A DNA stretch of 63,252 bases, filler included, from Octopus bimaculoides (GCF_001194135.2; 4 parts of 3 records of this genome joined end to end with filler, not necessarily neighbours in it); one strand, 5' to 3'. Counted from the first letter of the whole stretch, positions 23,523 to 36,652 are shown. The notes: a model not told the origin generated them from the sequence alone. A program made the numbers and translations.

Positions 23523-26500
23523 TCTTGTTATGAAATGATGACAACAACCTATAACAGCCTTCTTTAGTAGGTTGACATCCCATCCTTATGCACGCGGTCA
23601 TTTGCCATTTAATGCTGCAAGTTTAAGAAACATTCATTACTTGTTAATTGCTTCTTGCTTTGTTTGTTTTTGTAATTACTATGTCCTGATTCTGAAGTAT
23701 CACTTAGTTGATTTGTCTGTGTAATTTCCTGTAATAGACTGTCTAATTTAGAATCTTTCTACCCAAGTGTTTTGCTGTTTCAAAAGCCTGTTTATAAATA
23801 TGTTATTAAAATCTTAAGTGACTATGTGGTAACGAGCTTGCTTCCCAACCACGTGGTTTTAGGTTCAGTCCCATTGCGTTGCACCTTTGGCGAGTGTATT
23901 CATTATAGCCTCGGGCCGATCAATACATTGAGAATGGATATAGCTGTGTGTGTGTAAGTGCGTGAGTGAGTGTGTATGTTTGTGCGTGCGTGTGTGTGTG
24001 TGCNNNNNNNNNNNNNNNNNNNNNNNNNNNNNNNNNNNNNNNNNNNNNNNNNNNNNNNNNNNNNNNNNNNNNNNNNNNNNNNNNNNNNNNNNNNNNNNNN
24101 NNNNNNNNNNNNNNNNNNNNNNNNNNNNNNNNNNNNNNNNNNNNNNNNNNNNNNNNNNNNNNNNNNNNNNNNNNNNNNNNNNNNNNNNNNNNNNNNNNNN
24201 NNNNNNNNNNNNNNNNNNNNNNNNNNNNNNNNNNNNNNNNNNNNNNNNNNNNNNNNNNNNNNNNNNNNNNNNNNNNNNNNNNNNNNNNNNNNNNNNNNNN
24301 NNNNNNNNNNNNNNNNNNNNNNNNNNNNNNNNNNNNNNNNNNNNNNNNNNNNNNNNNNNNNNNNNNNNNNNNNNNNNNNNNNNNNNNNNNNNNNNNNNNN
24401 NNNNNNNNNNNNNNNNNNNNNNNNNNNNNNNNNNNNNNNNNNNNNNNNNNNNNNNNNNNNNNNNNNNNNNNNNNNNNNNNNNNNNNNNNNNNNNNNNNNN
24501 NNNNNNNNNNNNNNNNNNNNNNNNNNNNNNNNNNNNNNNNNNNNNNNNNNNNNNNNNNNNNNNNNNNNNNNNNNNNNNNNNNNNNNNNNNNNNNNNNNNN
24601 NNNNNNNNNNNNNNNNNNNNNNNNNNNNNNNNNNNNNNNNNNNNNNNNNNNNNNNNNNNNNNNNNNNNNNNNNNNNNNNNNNNNNNNNNNNNNNNNNNNN
24701 NNNNNNNNNNNNNGTGTGTGTGTGTGTGTGTGCATTTGTGTATTTGTGTCTGTGTTAGTCCCTCCACTATTGCTTGACAACCGATCTTGGTGTGTTTACG
24801 TCCCCGTAAATTAGCGGTTCGGCAACAGAAACCGATAGAATAAACACTAGGCTTACAAAGAATAAGTCGAGAGGTCGATTTCTTCGACCAAAAGGCGGTA
24901 CTCCAGCATGGCCACAGTCAAACTGACTGAAACAAGTAAAAGTGAAAAAGTGTTAGCAATAAAGATCTTTTTAATATTTTCTTCGTTTCAGTCATTGAAC
25001 TACGACCAAGCTGGGGCACCAGTTGGAAAGGTTTAGTTAAAAAAAATCAGCCGTAGTACTTATTTTAAGAAAAAATTTATACTTATTCTATCAGTCGTTT
25101 TTTCTGGAACCGCTCCGCTACAGGGACATAAATAAACCAACACCAACTGTCGTGCATCGGGGATGGGTAACACACACATTACAGGCTTTCGCACGGTTTC
25201 TGTCAACAAAGGTATTAGTTGGCATAAAACCAAATAACAAGAGACTTACTGAAGGTGCCGCGCAGCGGTACCGAACCTGAAATCAAAAGTTTGCGAATTG
25301 AACATGTTAACTACACAGCCATAGCCATGCGTGCACCAATGTTACATTAATATAATATGAGAAGTATTTTACCACTGAGACACAACAGAAAAACTTGAGA
25401 AAACACATTAAAGTTTAAAATGTAATCTAACTGTGTTACATATTTATTTCCTGTAGGAAGAAACACGTTTGAATGATTGAACAAAATGTGTTCTACTTGT
25501 TTTTGGTCATTTTGATGCTATTTTCTTTTTACTTTGGTGATGCCATTATTCAGTGGAGAATGGCAATAGTCAGTCAACAGACTATTACCATTCTTCAACG
25601 TGTTTCTCACATTGTGCTAATGTTAATACTATATATATATAGANNNNNNNNNNNNNNNNNNNNNNNNNNNNNNNNNNNNNNNNNNNNNNNNNNNNNNNNN
25701 NNNNNNNNNNNNNNNNNNNNNNNNNNNNNNNNNNNNNNNNNNNNNNNNNNNNNNNNNNNNNNNNNNNNNNNNNNNNNNNNNNNNNNNNNNNNNNNNNNNN
25801 NNNNNNNNNNNNNNNNNNNNNNNNNNNNNNNNNNNNNNNNNNNNNNNNNNNNNNNNNNNNNNNNNNNNNNNNNNNNNNNNNNNNNNNNNNNNNNNNNNNN
25901 NNNNNNNNNNNNNNNNNNNNNNNNNNNNNNNNNNNNNNNNNNNNNNNNNNNNNNNNNNNNNNNNNNNNNNNNNNNNNNNNNNNNNNNNNNNNNNNNNNNN
26001 NNNNNNNNNNNNNNNNNNNNNNNNNNNNNNNNNNNNNNNNNNNNNNNNNNNNNNNNNNNNNNNNNNNNNNNNNNNNNNNNNNNNNNNNNNNNNNNNNNNN
26101 NNNNNNNNNNNNNNNNNNNNNNNNNNNNNNNNNNNNNNNNNNNNNNNNNNNNNNNNNATATATATATATATATATATATATACACTAGCTTAAAAGCCGC
26201 CCTCCGATGGAGGGCTCTTCATTACGCCTTGGGACCAACAGTGACACTTCATGTATTGAGTACATATAAAATTTTGCTATACTTGAACAATATTTTTCAA
26301 GCTGTGTCTTTGAGTAAAAGTGTATTTTCCCCTATTCTGTTTTTATCCTCTCTTCTTCTGTGAAGCTATAAAGATTTCTGTTGGTAATAATTTCAAGGAC
26401 ATAGGACAGCGAGGTAGCACAGTCGTTAGCACGCTGGACAAAATGCCACTAAGCATTTTGTCTGTGTTTACGTTCTAAGTTCAAATGCCGCCGGGGTCGA

Positions 26501-26744
26501 CTGAGCTTTTTATCCTTTCGGAGTCGATGAAACAAGTACTATTTGAGCACTGTGGTCGGTGTCAACCCACTTAGCTCAGTCTGCTGGCCCTGCACCAAAA
26601 TTTGAAACCAATAATTTCAAGGTCAAAACAGAACGTCGTCATCGTGCTGAAACCTAGGATCTAAGGACTTCATATTATCACACTCTCAGTTGCGAATGGT
26701 ATCACAATTTTAGAAATATATTTATTACCATTAATATTTTTCTC

Positions 26745-26796
<52 letters not shown>

Positions 26797-28315
26797 AAGA
26801 GAGAAAGAGAGAGATAGACAGACAGACAGAGACAGGGGGCAGGGAGGAAGTTAGAGGAAGGAATAATAATAATAATAAATCCTACGAGTTGACTGCAAAG
26901 AAGAAAACAGTTAATAAGAATGAGAGCATATAAGGTGTACAGATAAGAAGGGATGAGTAGAACAAGAAATGGAGATTATTCGAGAGGAAAAAAAACCAAT
27001 CACTGCTACTAGGCTGGATTCGATCAATTAAACGTTCTTGTTCAATGAGTTTGGAGAAATTCTCTGTGGAGTTTTGCTTCGGAGAAAAATTTCTCTAAAA
27101 GTTTTCACATCGAACCGACCTTTAAGAACATCAGCACACTACCAGAGAAGCTGTCTCTGTGTGATTTCGCCTCTTCAGTGGAAGAAACATCCTCGGTCAT
27201 TCGGAGCTAGGCCGTGATTTGTGTTCCATTGTACAGAAAATAATAAAATATATATTTGTTTAGTGCGTACAAAGCTTGCCAAATTGGAATTAATTTAGTG
27301 TAAGTATACGAAACAGCAAGAATCAAAATCAATTGGTATACTTTTATTTTTAACAAGTTTTTGTACCCTAGAAAGTATTCACCGCCGTATTTTGTTTTAG
27401 GGAAAAACTTCTTTGTTAAAGATTTCGTGTGTTAAAACACATCGAGTCTTATTCCTAGTGATGTCCACAGATTACCAAACACGATGTTTCGGTGCGTTTC
27501 ACCAACTCAATGACAAGTACAGTACTGCCTTGATCATTTCTCACAGCACACCTATAGCTAAACCATTTTATTTCTTCTCTTTCTATCAATCTATCAATCT
27601 ATTTGTCTGTCTCTCTACCCATCTATCTTACGAGTTAGTTCTCTAACTTTCTCCTTCTATCACGTTAAGCAAGCGGTCTGTTTTTTTCTGTAGTTTTAGT
27701 CTCCATTTAGCTTCCATTTTAATAACATGTACGTTATCTATTTTTTTTTTTCTCTCATACATATTTTCACTCTACAAAATAAATTATTCTATTGACACGA
27801 AAACATGAAAATATCTATGTACATTTTCTTTTCACATATTTCTACAACACAAATTATCTAACTGACTTATGAATACACGCTTACACAGAAACATTCAAAT
27901 AGAGCCTGCCTTATTTGTTATTGTGAAATAAGATCTGTTATCTTTGTTTCAATCTGTCGTTTAAAATATCATATCTAACGTCTCAATCACGTCCTACTAC
28001 AACCAGCGATCACAAACTTCGTGCTTTTTAAATAATTACTACAGTAATGTACGAAGACATCACAAATGACCCACGTTTTGTATGTCTTTCGAAAATGAAA
28101 TGTATTCCTATCCATAACCAATTTCTGCTGTTATAAGTCAGCAAACAATCTCTTGATTTTGAATATATCATAAACGGTAAGTTGCCGAAAAGTTCCTGGC
28201 TTTAAGGGTATCGTGAGAGGTCTGGTTGGAAGCCTAACCTTCCGAGTTCTTATACAGGGCTTAGAAACACTGAAGGACCATTGCAATAAGTGTGGGAATC
28301 TGAGATTGGAACACG

Positions 28316-28600
28316 TTGTCTCATCAATAAGTAGCCAGACTGTTGCTATAGTAACGAAGCTAAAGCACGGAGAGTGAAGCCGCTTGACACAGATTGACCT
28401 TGAACTCTGCTGTGCATGTGCACTAAGTTTTAAGGTTCTAGCTCACTTCCACTATTTACAACAGTGCTTGGAAGAAACGTGTGTAGCATGTGATCGTCGC
28501 ATTAACAATGACAAAGCAAGTTGAGAAGAGAATCTGCTTCAAATTTTTCCAAAATCTTGGCGATATCTGCTCAGAGGCCCACGCAAAGTTTTCAAAAAGG
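28316..28600 (+). mobile_element. mariner 5' end fragment, same family as 15273
   Basis: Near-identical to 15280-15560, including the junction gcaaagttttcaaaa. Confidence 0.85.
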
Positions 28601-29142
28601 TTTCACACTCACACACACACACACATATATATATAATTTTCCTTTTTGATGAAACATTACAAACTGCTGTCTACAATAATTTTCTGTATACACATCAGCT
28701 ATTCGCTAAATCATCCATAGGTTTTTATGATGAAAGCATAATCTCAGAGAGAACTAAGTCCGGAATCAGTCGAAGTCGTGCCAGTCTTTACTGATGGGGC
28801 AACGGAAATAGCCGAAACCGATTGTCAGTATAAGGAATTGGCGAACGGTGTTTTCCGACAATTACAATCCCTGTCAGTATATATGTATACAACTATTTGC
28901 TTTGACTAGAGCGATAGAGCATTTTAGCTCTTACTTCTAGCCATGTAGGTTTTTTCCAACACACTAGTCACATGAAGTGACCGACTATAGTTTTCCTTTC
29001 TGATGAAACATTGTAAACTGCTGTCCGCATTAATTTTCGATATACATGCGTACATATATACATACATCATATATATATATGTATGTATATATATATATNN
29101 NNNNNNNNNNNNNNNNNNNNNNNNNNNNNNNNNNNNNNNNNN

Positions 29143-29154
29143 TTAATTAATTAA
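29143..29154. other. assembly linker TTAATTAATTAA inside an N run
   Basis: The identical 12-mer, with stops in all six frames, is centred in N runs here and at 47310-47321 and 59281-59292. Confidence 0.95.
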
Positions 29155-30160
29155 NNNNNNNNNNNNNNNNNNNNNNNNNNNNNNNNNNNNNNNNNNNNAA
29201 TCATTAGCATGCTGGATGAAATGTTTAATGTTATTTCGTCCATTACTATGTTCTGGGTTCAAATTCCGCTGAGGTTGACTTGCCTTTTATCCTTTCAGGG
29301 TCAATAAATTAAGTACCAGTGAAACACTGGGGGTAGGGGGGGGGGCTGATATAATCGACTAGTCCTAGTCCCCTCCACCAAATTTCAGGCCTTGTACCTT
29401 TAGTAGAAAGGATTATTATTATTATCATTATATGAAATGGAACAAAACAGGTGAAACATTGGTATGAAGGAGGTAAATCAAGTGATTTTTGCTTACGACC
29501 CAGAGTTAGGTCTCTTTGTTTTAATATTGTTCCGACCACTGAGACCACAGAGAAAAGGCTTAAATGTCCTCCGACAGCTGTTTAATAGCCAACACTGATG
29601 TCATTGCGACTTAATAAGAGATCAATAGGTGCAGAAAAAAACATTAGACAAGTGCAATAATCTTGTTTAAACTATGAGTAAAGAGAAACAGTACGATGTT
29701 ATGATAATATTATTTACTTTGAACATGAACATTTTAAAAACAATGGAAATACATTGTCCCAAGAAGAAAAGACAGTATGCAGCTACTGTATGGAATCCAG
29801 ACAGACACACTGTGCACATATTGAGGATATTGACACAGCCCAGGTTAGTGAAACAATGGAAGCTAACACAAGTGGGATTTTGTCTGTTAAACCCTGATGC
29901 TGAAATGCAAACATATTTAAAGTAAATGAGAATGCAAAGCTTGCATGTGCAATAGTGATGTTAGATTGTATAGGTTTCTGCAAGCATTGCTGTATGATTA
30001 AGAAGTTTGCTTCATGAACATGTGATTCCGGGTTCAATCCTGCTACCCAGCACTGGACTGGACAATGATCTGTTAGTAGAGTTTATAAAATAGGAACTGA
30101 AGCTAAAGTCCTTCATATATATATTAACTCACATATCTTGATGAAATTTTATAGAGGAAA

Positions 30161-30577
30161 TATTTATCTCACTTAAATGTGGATGTTCTGTTTGAACAAA
30201 CTATACTTTGGTAGATACCATGAGAGAAACTTTCGTATTGGTGTTTGGTGCAAAATGCATTCTTGTTGATATTGCTAGCGAACAAACTCATTAGCAAATC
30301 CCGACACCAATGTCTGTTCTGGCACTGTTTTCCTATATCGCTGGCAGGGAGATGAGTCACTGCTATCTCTATCAGTTGAGTGTCCATCACTGATGAGACC
30401 AAGGAAGGTTGAAATCATGTGATCTGGTGGTCATAGCACTGGTGGTTGCAGACATTTATCTCCCCACCAACAAGAGTGCATTTTGTAACAAAAGCCAATA
30501 TAAGAGTTTCTCTCATGGTATCAACTGCAGTATAGTTTGTTCTAACAGAACATCAGTGTTTAAGTGGAGATAAATAT
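30161..30577. mobile_element. fold-back element with about 110-bp inverted arms (30161-30268 and 30468-30577) around an HHR-containing spacer
   Basis: The arms are reverse complements at roughly 80% identity by eye. Confidence 0.8.
30384..30430 (+). ncRNA. type I hammerhead ribozyme fold
   Basis: Stem I CCATCA/TGGTGG (6 bp), CTGATGA, stem II GACC-AAGGAA-GGTT, GAAA, stem III ATCA-TG-TGAT, cleavage triplet ATC (30422-30424). Confidence 0.85.
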
Positions 30578-30817
30578 AACCTCTTGGCATTTACCCTTTG
30601 AGCCCGTAACACCAGTTTACCGGTGGATGGCTTAGTTTTTCTCTATACTGAAGCACCGCTGTACCAGTGGAGTGCATCTTGAAGCCAGGTATATGGTCAA
30701 ATAAGGTTCAAGAGGTCAGAGCTCTTAATATTACCTCTGTTGCTAATAAGTATTTTTTACGGAAATAGGTTTTTGATGGAGTAGACTGCAATTATGTAGA
30801 TAACATTTAGTAAAATC

Positions 30818-31190
30818 CTCATCATCATCATCGTTTAACATCTACTTTCCATGCTGGCACGGGCTGAATGGTTTGACTGAGGACTGGCAAGCCAGGAGGC
30901 TGCACCAGGCTCCAATCTGTTCTGGCAAGGTTTCTACAGCTGGATGCCCTTCCAAATGCCAATCAGTTTGAGAGTGTAGTGGGTACTTTTAACATGTCAC
31001 CGGCACAAGAGCCAGTCAGGCAGCACTGGCATCGACCACACTCAAATGGTGCTTTTTACATGCCACCAGCACAGAAGTCAGTCAGGTGGCACTGGCATTA
31101 ACCACCTTTGGATGGTGCTGTTTATGTGCTACTAGTACAGAAGCCAGTCACACAGTATGGGCATCGACCATGCTCGAACGGTGCTTTTTC
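30818..31190 (+). mobile_element. repeat family C ((CAT)n start, ttccatgctagcatgggttggac, internal about 60-bp tandem units), probably related to a LINE 3' end
   Basis: Copies at 41143-41365(+), 44190-44630(+), 39310-39610(-), and 42600-43170(-, split by a family A SINE). Confidence 0.75.
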
Positions 31191-31941
31191 AACATATATT
31201 TATTGCAAATACATGAATGAGGAATTTAATTTTAACTTAAGATGATAAAATACTTTTCTTTTGAAAATCAATATTCAATTCACCATTTTGTATAAACATC
31301 AAGAAATTTGATAAGAGTTGAAATATAATTATTTTCTGATGTTTACATACATAGTTGTAAAAGTATTCTTCCAAAGTTAAATGGTTCTCCATCAGTTACG
31401 ACGATAAGGGTTCCCATTGATCCGATCAATGGGACAGCCTGCTCGTGAAATTAATTTTCAAGTGGCTGAGCACACCACAGACATGTATACCTTTAATGTA
31501 GTTCTCAGAGAGGTTCAGTGTGACACAGAATGTGAGAAGGCACCTTTGAAAAACAGGTGCTACTAGCTGAGTGGACTGGAGCTATGTGAAATCAAGGACG
31601 CAATGCATTGAACTCATGACCTAATGATCAGGAGACAAATACCTTTAACTGACATGCCTTCACCTTCAAAAGTTACTGGTCATATGACAGCAGTACACTA
31701 ATATACATATTTATGAATGTAAAAATGTTAATAAAAGATAGATTGTACATGCTTTATTGTAATCAAGCATGTTCAATCGGGATAGGAGTGGCTGTGTGAT
31801 AAGTAGCTTGCTTACCAACCACATGGTTCCGGGTTCAGTCCCACTGCGTGGCACCTTGGGCAAGTGTCTTCTACTATAGCCTCGGGCCGGCCAAAGCCAT
31901 GTGAGTGGATTTGGTAGACAGAAACTGAAAGAAGCCCGTCG

Positions 31942-31992
<51 letters not shown>

Positions 31993-32516
31993 ATNNNNNN
32001 NNNNNNNNNNNNNNNNNNNNNNNNNNNNNNNNNNNNNNNNNNNNNNNNNNNNNNNNNNNNNNNNNNNNNNNNNNNNNNNNNNNNNNNNNNNNNNNNNNNN
32101 NNNNNNNNNNNNNNNNNNNNNNNNNNNNNNNNNNNNNNNNNNNNNNNNNNNNNNNNNNNNNNNNNNNNNNNNNNNNNNNNNNNNNNNNNNNNNNNNNNNN
32201 NNNNNNNNNNNNNNNNNNNNNNNNNNNNNNNNNNNNNNNNNNNNNNNNNNNNNNNNNNNNNNNNNNNNNNNNNNNNNNNNNNNNNNNNNNNNNNNNNNNN
32301 NNNNNNNNNNNNNNNNNNNNNNNNNNNNNNNNNNNNNNNNNNNNNNNNNNNNNNNNNNNNNNNGAGCTTTGGGAAGCACGCTACAAGGTTTTTTTTTTTT
32401 TTACCCAGGTTAAATACATACAAGTGTGTGTGTGTGTGTGTGTGTCTTTAAGGATTTCGTAATGAGATAAAAAAAAAACAACGCTGTATATAATATAGAA
32501 CATTTATAAATAGAAG

Positions 32517-32564
32517 GTCTTACAGCTGTTTCCAGGATATTTATTATATCCCTTCATCAGAGAC
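32517..32564 (-). ncRNA. type I hammerhead ribozyme fold (PLE-type)
   Basis: Minus strand: stem I GTCT/AGAC, CTGATGA plus A, stem II GGGATAT-AATAA-ATATCCT plus G, GAAA, perfect palindromic stem III ACAGCTGT, cleavage triplet GTA. Confidence 0.85.
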
Positions 32565-32689
32565 AGTGTGATAGGATGGTTAAGCAATAGTTAGTTTACA
32601 TAAGATAAGAAACAGAGAGTGAATGTAGGGATATTGTATTTGTAAATCCATTGTTCAGGCAGTATGTATGTATATATAAACTGGCAGTC

Positions 32690-33000
32690 CATTGGTTGTG
32701 CTGATGAGGGTTCCAGTTGACCCGATCTATGGAACAGCCTGCTCATGACATTTAACATTGAAGTGGCTGAGCACACCACAGACACATGTACCCTTAATGC
32801 AGTTTTCTGGGAGATTCAGCTTGACACAATATGATATGGCTAGCCCTTTTAAATCACAGCTACTACTCAGTTTTGTCAGATAAATGCACTGGAACAACAT
32901 GAAATAAAGTGTCTTGCTCAAGGACAAAATGTGCTGCTAGGAATCAAACTCATGACCTTGCAATCACAAGCTGAATGCCCTAACCACTAAGCCACACACA
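32690..33000 (+). mobile_element. SINE family D (gggttccagttga.ccgatc...aagtggctgagcac...gtgtcttgctcaaggac)
   Basis: Copies at 31395-31650, with 3' parts at about 5095-5258, 22735-22930 and 61865-61970. Confidence 0.7.
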
Positions 33001-33698
33001 CACACACACGCACACACAAACATGTATGTTGTATGTCATTAATCGGTGGAGGATACAAAAGTCAGTGACAAAACAAGTCAAAATAGTCCTTTGCAAAAAG
33101 AAAAAAAAAAGTAACTTGAAATATTTGTTCTTCTCCAGATGGCAGACACTCCCTTGTCTCTATTGTCATGACAAGTGCATTGAACAAAAGACTGACCCAT
33201 TAATAAACCAGTAACCAATGACAATATTGTGACCCAACTGAGATATAAGTCAGCGATGCACGACAATGTTGTTTACTGCTGACTGCAACCCATCCAGTGT
33301 CAACAGAGTGTAACAGGTAAAAAGCCAATGAACAACAAAACAAAAATTTAATCCAGGTGCACTGAAAACAAATTAGAAAAAAAAAAAGAGAAAAAAACCC
33401 CACAGAAAACAAAAATGAACAAAATATTCTAGAAATACCAGAAGGGTGAAGATATAAGATTTGGAGAACAAAAATTAAATTGTGCAATCATGAAAAACTC
33501 ACAATCAAGGCACAGATCACATTTAGTTAAACATATACGTCACTGTGGCCCACTAGATGTTTAATGTGACCCACTTTTCAGTCATCTGGCTCACCTTGTG
33601 CACTAATAATACAAATAACAACAAATGCAGAATTTGAGAGGTACAGGGTGTAATTTTCTGCAACTGCTTGCTGGCTATGTTTTCCCCAACTTCTAAGG

Positions 33699-34012
33699 CA
33701 GGGGTCGCAGAACTTTTTTAACCAATTACCCCAAAATATATTTATTTACACTGACATTACCCCTTTGATTTGAAAGAAAAAGAATCATAGACTCTTTGAA
33801 TTCCAAAGTTCTATTGAATCTATTTGGCATGATGTCTCCTAAACGCGTCCATTACATCGGACAGATGCAGTGTGGCCAAAAGAAAAATTTCTGTCATAAC
33901 AAGGAACACGTTTTTTTACATAATTTTACTTATAACTAATGAGTCCTCATTACCCAGAAAAATTTCATTTTTACCCCACTTGGAGTAATTTATTCTGGTT
34001 CGCCGACCCCTG
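33699..34012. mobile_element. hAT-type MITE, 314 bp
   Basis: TIRs CAGGGGTCG.../...CGACCCCTG flanked by a perfect 8-bp TSD TTCTAAGG (33691-33698 and 34013-34020). Confidence 0.9.
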
Positions 34013-34747
34013 TTCTAAGGGTTTTGACTCAATCTGCATAATATCAGATGCCTCTTTATCTGTCTTTACGTTCTGAGTTCAAATTCTGCTGAGATTGACT
34101 TTGCCTTTCATCCTTTTGTGGTCGATAAATTAAGTACCAGCTGAATACTGGGGTCAATCTAATCGACTGCCCCCACCTGCCCCAAAATTTCGGGCCTTGT
34201 GCCTAGAGTAGAGAAGGATATCAGATGCATCTTACTCAATGAAGAATGTATTAAGAAATGCAACATAAAATGAATATCAGCCACTAGTGTAGATAGAGTG
34301 TGTGGCCCTTCCGTTTGCCACCCCCGGACCCCACAAAAAGCCAGATATTGCCTACAGCAGACCCAAAAGTACTGCCCCTTTAAAAGTGCCGCCTAGGGCA
34401 GACCGCTCCTATCCCTAGCTATGCTAGTGATGTCAGCCTTCTGTTATACATCAAACAAGATTATAATAGATGTTTGCAGTGAAGAAGTCCCAATCCAAAC
34501 ACACAATATCAAGAATTCATTTAGCCATACACACAGCAAAGGCAGCAATAGTTATAATATTTCTACCACTATTTAAAACGACAACTCAAGCCAAATGGGG
34601 AAGCTTTTACATGGTCATTCAATCTGCTAAAAATAATAGCCAAATGTCTCAGTTCGTATTCTACTGTGTTAGAGAAGGATGTATTTCAAGGGTGGAATAC
34701 TGTTGATCATATGTCTGCTTGTTTGAGGCTGAGCTGGGGTTAAGAAG

Positions 34748-34778
<31 letters not shown>

Positions 34779-34939
34779 AACAACCACCACCACTACTACT
34801 ACCACCACCACTACTACTACCACCACCACCACTGCTACTACTACTACTACGACGACGACTACTACTACTACTACCACTACTACTACTACCACTACTACTA
34901 CTACTACTACCACTACCACTACCACCACCACCACCACCA
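34748..34939. repeat. compound (TAC)n/(CAC)n trinucleotide microsatellite
   Basis: Direct inspection. Confidence 0.95.
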
Positions 34940-35296
34940 AGATTAAAAGATCACGAAGGAAAAAATACATTAGTGATTATTCTTTTGAACACCAATTCAT
35001 GACTGGTATTTATTTCAATAAATGTTAAAGCAGACTTCAGCTGGATTTGAAACCAGAACATTAGTGTGTTACATAAACTGCACACTTCAGTTTACCTCCA
35101 TTTCAGCTGATGTCCATTTATTGCCAACTCGTTCACAACAATCAATACATAAAAATATTAACTGTACATATTTCACTAAACCTTTAACATCTAATCTTAA
35201 CCCCACCTCTAAAGCCAACAGGGCTTCAACACATCCAAAACAATCATGCTAACCTATCCTTCAACTTTGACCCCAAATTTACCTGAACACACACAC

Positions 35297-35715
35297 AGGA
35301 GTGGTTATGTGGTAAGTAGCTTGCTTACCAACCACATGGTTCCGGGTTCAGTCCCACTGCGTGCACTTTGGGCAAGTGTCTTCTATTATAACTTTGGGCC
35401 GACCAAAGCCTTGTGAGTGGATTTGGTAGACGGAAACTGAAAGAAGCCCGTCGTGTATATGAGTATATATATATATGTATGTGTGTGTATATGTTTGTGT
35501 GTCTGTGTTTGTCCCCCCCACCATCACTTGACAACCGATGCTGGTGTGTTTATGTCCCCGTAACTTAGCGGTTTGGCAAAAAGAGACCGATGGAATAAGT
35601 ACTAGGCTTACAAAGAATAAGTCCTGGGGTTGATTTGCTCGACTAAAGGCGGTGCTCCAGCATGGCCGCAGTCAAATGACTGAAACAAGTAAAAGAGTAA
35701 AAGAGTAAAAAAAGA
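35297..35715 (+). mobile_element. tRNA-derived SINE family B, near full-length copy (about 420 bp, internal TA/TG microsatellite, (GAGTAAAA)n tail)
   Basis: Head ggagtggytgtgtggtaagtagcttgc...ggttcagtcccactgcg; similar copies at 12251, 14505, 18031, 23815, 31784, 37961, 51360, 62940 (+) and 1363, 36255, 37520, 45825, 48512, 53380 (-). Confidence 0.9.
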
Positions 35716-36194
35716 GTATATATATACACATGCACACAAATACATATTCAAAAATTATTACATCATTGAAGCATACTTCATACACTGTTTGACATCGAGT
35801 ATAGGTCAGTCACTTCACATATATACAAAAACGCTGTTATTTCATAGAAGCATTTCTGCGCTATACTCTTTGACATTGGGTGTAAGTCAGAACGTTCTCT
35901 TAGCTACAGCTACGAGTGACTAACTTGTAAATAAATACCTCTTTTTGTAAATATACAGAAATAGAACTAATGCCTGATATTACGCACAATGACCTGTGCT
36001 GCTAGCATTCACAGGCACTATGGTTAAATGAAAATACTAACTTATCGACCCATACAGATACACTACATCTTGAGAATGATTTCCACACACACACATACAT
36101 ACACATAAGTTAACTATTCTCAGAGATTATAAGGAAGAGTGGAAACTAGACATAAAGGAATCAAGGTTGTGTTTCAGGACTTATTTCTGTTATA

Positions 36195-36229
<35 letters not shown>

Positions 36230-36254
36230 GAGCATTGCAGTGCACTTTATACTC

Positions 36255-36652
36255 TCTCTTTTTACTCTTTTACTTGTTTCAGTCATTTGACTGTGGCCAT
36301 GCTGGAGCACCACCTTTAGTCAAGCAAATCGACCCAAGGACTTATTCTTTGTAAGCCTAGTTCTTATTCTATCGGTCTGTTTTGCCGAACCGCTAAGTTA
36401 CGGGGACATAAACACACCAGCATCAGATGTGGGGAACAAACACAGACATACACATACATATACATGTATATATATACATATACATATATACGACGGACTT
36501 CATTCAGTTTCCGTCTACCAAATCCACTAACAAGGCTTTGGTCGGCCCGAGTCTATAGTAGAAGACACTTGCCCAAGGTGCCATGCAGTGGGACTGAACC
36601 CGGAACCATGCAGTTGGTAAGCAAGCTACTTACCACACAGTCACTCCTACGC
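36255..36652 (-). mobile_element. SINE family B full copy
   Basis: Reverse complement of the 35297-35715 copy. Confidence 0.9.

Noticed and set aside
29685-29900. About 70-codon open frame with CSYC/HCAH
   Set aside because: No polypyrimidine acceptor, no start context and no recognisable family
32700-32730. CTGATGA-GGGT...ACCC motif resembling an HHR
   Set aside because: Followed by GATC rather than GAAA, with no stem III or stem I; the other family D copy lacks CTGATGA
33139-33317. Plus-strand segment with strong acceptor and donor
   Set aside because: Stops in all three frames; could only be a non-coding exon, and nothing supports that
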